From Terriglobia bacterium (GTDB lineage Bacteria; Acidobacteriota; Terriglobia; UBA7540; JAPUME01): a stretch of 64,000 nucleotides of DNA. The position numbers were made by a program, and so were the translations under genes. The stretch is taken from contig CAUVWZ020000001.1 in the NCBI GenBank assembly GCA_963555835.3, positions 825,540-889,539 of the forward strand, given 5' to 3'. Shown piece by piece: positions 58,740 through 64,000 of this stretch. The notes beneath the pieces were generated by a model. That model saw nothing but the letters and a program-made list of their open reading frames with translations. It did not search any database and was not told the origin of the DNA. Positions within the stretch are counted from its first letter, which is position 1, and the number at the start of each line of letters is the position of its first letter.

Positions 58740-59822
58740 TCAGGGGTGGGATGAGGGTGCTGCGAGTTTCTCGATCAAATCTGCAATGTCTCGTGTGGCC
58801 TCAGGCCGGGCGCGCGACCGCGCTCGGGCTTCCATCTTCGCCAATCGATCCGGCTGGGTCAGAAGGCTCGAGATTTCAGCGGCCAGGCGTTCCCCGCTCA
58901 ACTCGGATTGTGGAATCAGACGCGCGGCGCCGGCTCGCTCCATGTCTCGCGCATTTTCCGTTTGGTGATGATCCGTAGCGGCAGGAAAAGGGACCAACAG
59001 GGAGGCCTTGCCTGAGGCGGCAAGCTCGGCAACCGTAACTGCACCCGATCGCGCAATCACAAGATCGATTTTAGCAAAGATATCCGGCATGTCGTCAAAG
59101 AATGAGAGAACCCTGGCCGTCAACCCATGCCGGCGGTACGCTTCGCGCACATCATTATAGTCTCTTTCACCCGTTTGGTGGTAGAACTCCGTGGAAGGAA
59201 TTCTGTCGCGAAGCAGCGGCAGCGCCTCCATGACAGCCCGGTTGATCGCCACCGACCCCTGACTCCCCCCAAATACCAGGACTGCCGGCGCACAGGGACG
59301 CGCCCGAGGGGAAACTCTGAAAAACTCCTCCCGCACCGGACTTCCCGTCCGCACGGCCTTGTTCCCAAAGTAGCGCCTTGTCCTCTCAAAGCTGATGGCC
59401 GCTCTTGTTATCCACATCGCCAGCAGCCGGTTGGTCAGGCCGGGAACTGAATTCGGTTCAATCAATAGGGTTGGAATCCCATGCAGCGCAGCCACCAGCA
59501 CCAGGGGACCGGCGGAATACCCTCCCGTTCCCACGACAACCTGGGGCCGGATTTTCTTCAGGAGGATGAAGGCTTCGACAAGACTCCGGGGAAGCACCAG
59601 CAGATGAGCCAGCATCCGAACCGGACTGATGCCTTTGAGCGACGCCGCCCGAATCGTCCGCAGTTCAAATCCCGCCGCAGGTACACTCCGCGCTTCCAAG
59701 CCTCGTTCGGTGCCCACGAAGAGAATTTCATGAGACGCGTCCCGTCGACGGAGCTCCTTCGCCACCGCCAGGGCGGGAAACAGGTGGCCGCCGGTTCCGC
59801 CTCCGGCAAAAATCACTCTCAT
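58740..59822 (-). CDS. murG: Undecaprenyldiphospho-muramoylpentapeptide beta-N-acetylglucosaminyltransferase
   Basis: 360-aa ORF starting MRVIFAGGGTGGHLFPALAVA, with the GT28 pattern and a C-terminal HQTENA block. Confidence 0.92.
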   Translation of the reverse strand: MRVIFAGGGTGGHLFPALAVAKELRRRDASHEILFVGTERGLEARSVPAAGFELRTIRAASLKGISPVRMLAHLLVLPRSLVEAFILLKKIRPQVVVGTGGYSAGPLVLVAALHGIPTLLIEPNSVPGLTNRLLAMWITRAAISFERTRRYFGNKAVRTGSPVREEFFRVSPRARPCAPAVLVFGGSQGSVAINRAVMEALPLLRDRIPSTEFYHQTGERDYNDVREAYRRHGLTARVLSFFDDMPDIFAKIDLVIARSGAVTVAELAASGKASLLVPFPAATDHHQTENARDMERAGAARLIPQSELSGERLAAEISSLLTQPDRLAKMEARARSRARPEATRDIADLIEKLAAPSSHP

Positions 59823-60029
59823 CGAATCGTCTCGTTCCCGGATTGCAACTTCTACCTTCTCGCCGCCCGGTAAGCATCCAGAATGAATTTCGGGGGATCG
59901 GGTTCCCTAACCTGTTTTCCGGCCAGAGAGAGAAACATCGTAGGGGACGACAAAAGCACGAGGACCGTTTTCTTCACTGCACCTCCGATGGGCCGAAACG
60001 TTCCTGGTAAGAGAATATGCGGGCAGGCA

Positions 60030-60638
60030 TTAAGAGGTAGATTGCGTGATGGGAGCCGGGTTGCGCAGGCCGCCGAGAAAAATTTGGGTGAAGGTACGGG
60101 CCAGTTCGTCCTCTTTGACCGGCCCGCTGGGATCGTACCACTGGTAAAGCCAGTTGATCATTCCCAGCAGCGCGTAAGCCGCCAGCCGGGGAGAAATCTT
60201 CGGGCCGCCTTCCTCTTTCTGGACGGCGGACACCAGGCCCTCCAAATGTTCAATGTAGGCCCTCTTGCGCGCGTTGATCTTCTTCCTCAAGGGTCCGCGC
60301 ACGGTGCGATTCTCATGCAGGATGACGGTCGTTTCCAGGTCCCGGGTATGGACGATTAAGTGGATGTGCCCGGCGATGGTCTGCTTCAATTTCTCCATCG
60401 GGTCCTCGATTTGGGCCACGCGGCTCAGGACGGCTTCGTCAAGAATATCCATGCCATAGTTCATGATCTCGAAAAGCAACTGTTCCTTGCTGCCCACGTA
60501 ATGATAGAGCCCCGCCTTGGTCAGCCCTACCGCCTTGGCGACTTCCTGCATGGAGGCGCCCTCAAAACTCTTCTCGTAGAAGATTCGCGCCGCCCGCCGG
60601 CAGATTTCGCGCCGCCTCCGTTCTGCATCTCCGGTCAC
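60030..60638 (-). CDS. TetR/AcrR-family transcriptional regulator
   Basis: ORF 60030..60773. Likely GTG start at 60638 (GGAG 9 nt upstream). The HTH reads FEGASMQEVAKAVGLTKAGLYHYVGSKEQLL. Confidence 0.8.
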   Translation of the reverse strand: MTGDAERRRREICRRAARIFYEKSFEGASMQEVAKAVGLTKAGLYHYVGSKEQLLFEIMNYGMDILDEAVLSRVAQIEDPMEKLKQTIAGHIHLIVHTRDLETTVILHENRTVRGPLRKKINARKRAYIEHLEGLVSAVQKEEGGPKISPRLAAYALLGMINWLYQWYDPSGPVKEDELARTFTQIFLGGLRNPAPITQSTS

Positions 60639-60658
60639 TTTATGCTTCTCCGATACCC

Positions 60659-60686
60659 ACCTTAGTCTCTGACCTTCTTGTGTCAA
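60659..60686 (-). promoter_or_regulatory. Putative promoter of the TetR gene
   Basis: Minus strand: TTGACA (60686-60681), 16-nt spacer, TAAGGT (60664-60659). The inverted repeat TCCCGC-GA-GCGGGA nearby (about 60700-60713) is a possible operator. Confidence 0.3.
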
Positions 60687-60864
60687 GAAAAAAATCGAGT
60701 TCCCGCGAGCGGGACGACGCACCGCTCTTCCCACCCCGGAGGGGCCACTGACCAGAAGAACCGTGATGACCACAAACGGGGTTGGAATGGCTGCCCCGGC
60801 CGGCTGGCGAAGGTTCTATAATGGACAGACGAAGGGACTTCAGGCCACATTCAGGAGATTCAAT

Positions 60865-61971
60865 ATGCCCGTGAAGAAGAAAATCAAAAGGACGCGCGAG
60901 GTCCATGTACTAGTAGGGACCCACAAAGGCGGGTTTCGTTTTCGCAGCGACCTGCGGCGCAGAAGCTGGAAGGTGGACGGCCCCTTCTTCGCCGGCGCGG
61001 AGGTCAATCACCTCACCCGCGACCCGCGCAAGGGTCATCTGTGGGCCGCTACACACACTGCCTGGTGGGGCTCGGACCTTCAGGTGAGTCGAAACGGCGG
61101 AAAGACCTGGCGGAAATCCTGCGAAGGGCTCAGTTTTGCATCCGACCGCGGCCTGACGCTTAACCGCATCTGGCAAGTGGTGCCGGACCGCCCCTCACGG
61201 CCCGAGACCATGTGGTGCGGCGTTGACCCGGGAGCGCTGTTCCGTTCCGATGACGGCGGCAGGAACTGGTACGAAGTTGAAGGCTTGAACCGCCACCGCA
61301 CGCGCGACCGCTGGCAGCCGGGAGGCGGTGGCCTGATGGTGCACGGCATCCTTCCCGACCCCGCACGTGAGAATCGGATTTATGTGGCCATCTCCGCCGC
61401 AGGCTGCTTCCGCTCGGACGATGACGGCCGCACCTGGCTGCCCCGCAACAAAGACGTGCTCGCGGACTTCCTGCCCAAGCCCTTCCCCGAGGTCGGCCAG
61501 TGCGTCCACCACATGGTGATGAACCCGCGAAATCCCGACCAGCTCTTTCAGCAGAACCATTGCGGCGTCTATCGCAGCCGCAACGGCGGCGCGGATTGGG
61601 AAGACATCAGCGAAGGGCTGCCCTCGCGCTTCGGCTTTCCCATGGCCGCGCATCCGCACGAGCCGGAGACCCTTGTCGTGGTGCCCGAGGTCGGCCCCTT
61701 TGCGCGCTATGTCTGCGACGGCCGGCTTACGGTGTATCGCACCAAGAACGGCGGCAAGGCGTGGCGAAAACTCACCCGCGGCCTGCCACAGAAGAATGCC
61801 TACATTCAGGTCCTGCGCCACGCCATGCAGACCGACACGTGTGACAGACCTGCGGTCTATTTCGGAACCACCAGCGGAGAGCTTTACTACTCGCTGGATA
61901 ACGGGGATACCTGGCAGCTTCTTCAGGCCCATTTGCCGAGAATCTATTCGGTGGAAGCGGTGGTGGTGTAA
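60865..61971 (+). CDS. BNR/Asp-box repeat beta-propeller protein (sialidase-like / Ycf48-like fold), divergent from the TetR gene
   Basis: Start at ATG 60865 (CAGGAG 8 nt upstream). It has repeated SxDxGxTW-type boxes: SRNGGKTW, SDDGGRNW, SDDDGRTW, SRNGGADW, TKNGGKAW, SLDNGDTW. Confidence 0.7.
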   Translation: MPVKKKIKRTREVHVLVGTHKGGFRFRSDLRRRSWKVDGPFFAGAEVNHLTRDPRKGHLWAATHTAWWGSDLQVSRNGGKTWRKSCEGLSFASDRGLTLNRIWQVVPDRPSRPETMWCGVDPGALFRSDDGGRNWYEVEGLNRHRTRDRWQPGGGGLMVHGILPDPARENRIYVAISAAGCFRSDDDGRTWLPRNKDVLADFLPKPFPEVGQCVHHMVMNPRNPDQLFQQNHCGVYRSRNGGADWEDISEGLPSRFGFPMAAHPHEPETLVVVPEVGPFARYVCDGRLTVYRTKNGGKAWRKLTRGLPQKNAYIQVLRHAMQTDTCDRPAVYFGTTSGELYYSLDNGDTWQLLQAHLPRIYSVEAVVV

Positions 61972-62036
61972 AAGGAAGGAAACAGCCGGTAGCGTGGAAC
62001 CCCTCAGTCAGGTTCCGCGTCTCTCTGGTTCTTTAC

Positions 62037-62070
62037 AAAAAAACCGCAGAACCAAACCGCGGGTTCTGCG
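62037..62070 (-). terminator. Rho-independent terminator (minus strand)
   Basis: Minus strand: CGCAGAACC-cgcggttt-GGTTCTGCG followed by GTTTTTTT (9-bp stem at 62045-62053 / 62062-62070; A-run at 62037-62043 on the plus strand). Confidence 0.6.
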
Positions 62071-62122
62071 CTACCCGCTACTCCAAACCCACTTGCCGAG
62101 GAATTATTCGGGGTGGGCATAA

Positions 62123-62329
62123 ATGGCGGCACTCGCCATGTATGCGATGGGGCTTACCGATGCACGCACACATTCCGGCGCACCGAGATATGTGCGCCAC
62201 CCGCGAAGATGGCGGGATAAACCCGCCCCTACGGCCCGAAAAGTAGCGGCGACTTTACGTCGCCAGGCCCTTCACATCGCCAGGGCCGGAGATGGCGGGA
62301 CAAACGCGCCCCTACGACCCAAAATGTAG
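62123..62329. repeat. Cluster of short GC-rich hairpins including two ~40-nt imperfect direct repeats (REP-like elements)
   Basis: Hairpins: ATGGCG/CGCCAT (62123-62139), GGCGCAC/GTGCGCC (62177-62198), GGCGGG/CCCGCC (62211-62227), GGCGAC/GTCGCC (62248-62264). The repeat AGATGGCGGGA.AAAC.CGCCCCTACG.CCC.AAA..GTAG at 62207-62246 and 62290-62329 matches at 35/40 positions by my alignment. Confidence 0.6.
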
Positions 62330-62376
62330 ACCCAAGCAGGATTTTGCACACCCCGCCGTGCAAGGGCCCAACGGAA

Positions 62377-62922
62377 TTACTCCGTATGCGCAAATCCCAG
62401 TTTCCGCAACTGGCTACTCATCGTCCGGGCTTGGTCGCTGGACCGCCACAGATTCACCGACTGCTCGCACGAGCCTAAGGATTTCACTATGCGGTCGTAT
62501 TGGAATGTCGCCTCGCCCCTGCCATTGCTTCGCCGCTTCCCATGCAACCGTACCCTTTTGCCCACCGGCACCGTGGCGTTCCCGGTGAGAAGCCACTGTT
62601 GTTTGCCCTTCTTGCTGTGGAGAACGAATGAGCCGGGAGTGGTGCCCGGCTGGACACATCCGGTGACGAAAGATCTGAAGCGACTGCCCCGCCGGCTGGC
62701 CAGGTACCAGATCAAGGCCACGCCTCCGACTGCGCCCGCCACGAGACCGACAATCAGGCCCGTGTTGCCGTAACCATCATCCGTTATGCTAGTCGTGCCT
62801 GTCGTCGTGTCACCGTTGGTCCCTCCTCCCAGGTGGTCGACTGCAACGGCGTGCGCGCCAAAGAGTCCTACGATCAAACCCGCCGCAATCACCTGACCAA
62901 ACAACGATCTTCGAATGTCCAT
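62377..62922 (-). CDS. Hypothetical membrane protein
   Basis: 181-aa ORF with a signal/TM segment (SLFGQVIAAGLIVGLFGAHA), a Gly/Thr-rich linker, a second TM helix (GLIVGLVAGAVGGVALIWYLA) and a basic C-terminal domain. No family recognised. Confidence 0.4.
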   Translation of the reverse strand: MDIRRSLFGQVIAAGLIVGLFGAHAVAVDHLGGGTNGDTTTGTTSITDDGYGNTGLIVGLVAGAVGGVALIWYLASRRGSRFRSFVTGCVQPGTTPGSFVLHSKKGKQQWLLTGNATVPVGKRVRLHGKRRSNGRGEATFQYDRIVKSLGSCEQSVNLWRSSDQARTMSSQLRKLGFAHTE

Positions 62923-63822
62923 AACCCCTCCTTCAACTGAAATTGATCTTAGCTACCCGATTTCGCCGCGACCTTGCGGAATTCCACTCTTCTATCCGGA
63001 ATTTCCATTTTCAACTTTGCCTTTTGGGATAATCATACGCCAGCCGTCCTGTCAAATCCATTCCCGATCTCCATGGCCTCTTCTGGGTGGCATCGCGGCT
63101 CAATTTGGGCATTCCGTTTAAGAGGCAGGTTCGGAAGGAAGAGCCAGGAGTGTTTTGTCATCACTGCGGGGACACCTTCAGTGAAAAGGATTGGGATAAG
63201 CACCGATGGCGCATATTTTACCGTGTCCGGAACCTGCCAATCGAGCACCGGCAGCGTCGGTAGGTTATCCACGATTAGATCCCAAGAATCCTCCAATCAA
63301 AACAGCTGCCATCAGGCGAGCGGCTATAAAACTGAGCGTATTCATAAGCCCCACTTCTTGATTGAAATAGAATTTCGCGGGCGCGATGCCGATTCATTGA
63401 ATCCTTCGCTCCCTGGTTCCATGCTTTTCGCAGGGATTCCCATGGACGGAAGGGTCCTTAAGTTACCAGGAAATGGGCGAATCGCCCCGCTCGTAGACAC
63501 AGAGTTGCATTCCACGTGCCAAACTGAGATTGACTAAAAGTCCGTTCGAGGCCGTTATTCTATTGAAAACAAAGCATCGCTTTTATTCTTCGTCATTCAT
63601 TCCCCGCCAAGTAACGGGCATTCCATTTCATGTTTCCATTTGTAGAATTTAATTCCCGCATTCGGTATAGAATTGGCATCGACCTGACGCTCATGAATCG
63701 GTCCAGCTTCCCGCTTCCAAGACCTCCTGTGGCGGAGGAAGTTTCCGGAGTGAGCTGGCCTTGGCACCCTGAATCTACCTTCCCGATAGTCCAAGAATCA
63801 AACCTCAAATAGCGCCAATGCC
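62923..63822. other. AT-richer, ORF-poor region with only short, poorly protein-like ORFs
   Basis: No ORF here has recognisable motifs. Composition is visibly less GC-rich than the rest of the window. It may be degraded foreign DNA or non-coding. Confidence 0.4.
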
Positions 63823-63942
63823 CTAGTCTTCTTCTACGAACTCGAACTCTTCCTTGGGTGCCTGGCAATTGGGGCACTTCTCGGGAGGGTCTTTCGCTTG
63901 GTGCAAAAACCCGCACTTCAGACATTTCCAAACTAAGTTCAT
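63823..63942 (-). CDS. 39-aa rubredoxin-like zinc-ribbon protein (two CxxC knuckles)
   Basis: Own translation (below the ORF-track size cut-off): MNLVWKCLKCGFLHQAKDPPEKCPNCQAPKEEFEFVEED-stop. The CxxC...CxxC arrangement with WKC and the PxxCPxC pattern is typical of rubredoxin/rubrerythrin C-terminal knuckles. Confidence 0.55.
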   Translation of the reverse strand: MNLVWKCLKCGFLHQAKDPPEKCPNCQAPKEEFEFVEED

Positions 63943-64000
63943 TAACGCGCACCCTACCTTTCCGCCCTGATCGGAGGAACTACATCAGTAGCAGAGCTCT

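Noticed and set aside
62123-62329. 68-aa plus-strand ORF (MAALAMYAMGLTDARTH...GGTNAPLRPKM).
   Set aside because: It coincides exactly with the hairpin/REP-like repeat cluster. The repeated peptide segments simply mirror the DNA repeats, and there is no RBS or protein-like composition.
62974-63537. 187-aa plus-strand ORF in the AT-rich region.
   Set aside because: The composition is Ser/Gly/Cys/His-scattered with no hydrophobic periodicity. No start context or motifs are present. It is treated as non-coding or decayed sequence.
63593-63952. 119-aa minus-strand ORF at the right end.
   Set aside because: The translation has no protein-like features and it overlaps, in another frame, the compact double-CxxC zinc-ribbon ORF. 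The zinc-ribbon ORF has a clear motif and an SD-like element.

Overview
High-GC bacterial chromosomal segment, densely coding and mostly on the minus strand. The gene content resembles soil Acidobacteria-type genomes, but I cannot verify taxonomy from sequence alone. Most of the window is housekeeping. It holds beta-oxidation genes (acyl-CoA dehydrogenase, FadN-type 3-hydroxyacyl-CoA dehydrogenase/enoyl-CoA hydratase) and secreted or periplasmic peptidases (DmpA/S58, S46, S41 Ctp, TldD). There is a FolE + 2x PTPS + SDR pterin cluster, an OpuB-type osmoprotectant ABC transporter and the methyl-cycle and C1 genes metK-ahcY and glyA. It also carries rpiB, prfB (with the classical +1 frameshift site), proS, lnt, an NfeD/SPFH pair, PBP1A and a partial dcw cluster (murG-murC-murB-ftsQ-ftsA-ftsZ). 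No rRNA, tRNA or CRISPR array was recognised. The most interesting locus is a visibly AT-richer ~1 kb cassette (23954-24921) bracketed by a perfect 20-bp direct repeat. It is inserted into the 3' end of a conserved gene and carries only a HEPN-domain ORF plus an overlapping uncharacterised 135-aa ORF that is not a recognisable MNT antitoxin. This is a candidate novel toxin-antitoxin or defence module on a recombinase-less islet. Other points worth a second look: (1) an RHH-like/small-ORF pair with a perfect 22-bp tandem duplication of its stop/start junction; (2) a DUF3179-like gene kept in one frame but interrupted by three in-frame stops; (3) a frameshifted DUF885 gene; (4) two tandem terminator-like hairpins in the leader of the pterin operon; (5) a cluster of GGCG...CGCC hairpins (REP-like) ahead of a strong minus-strand terminator; (6) an AT-rich ORF-poor ~0.9 kb stretch at the right end next to a 39-aa zinc-ribbon ORF missing from the ORF track.
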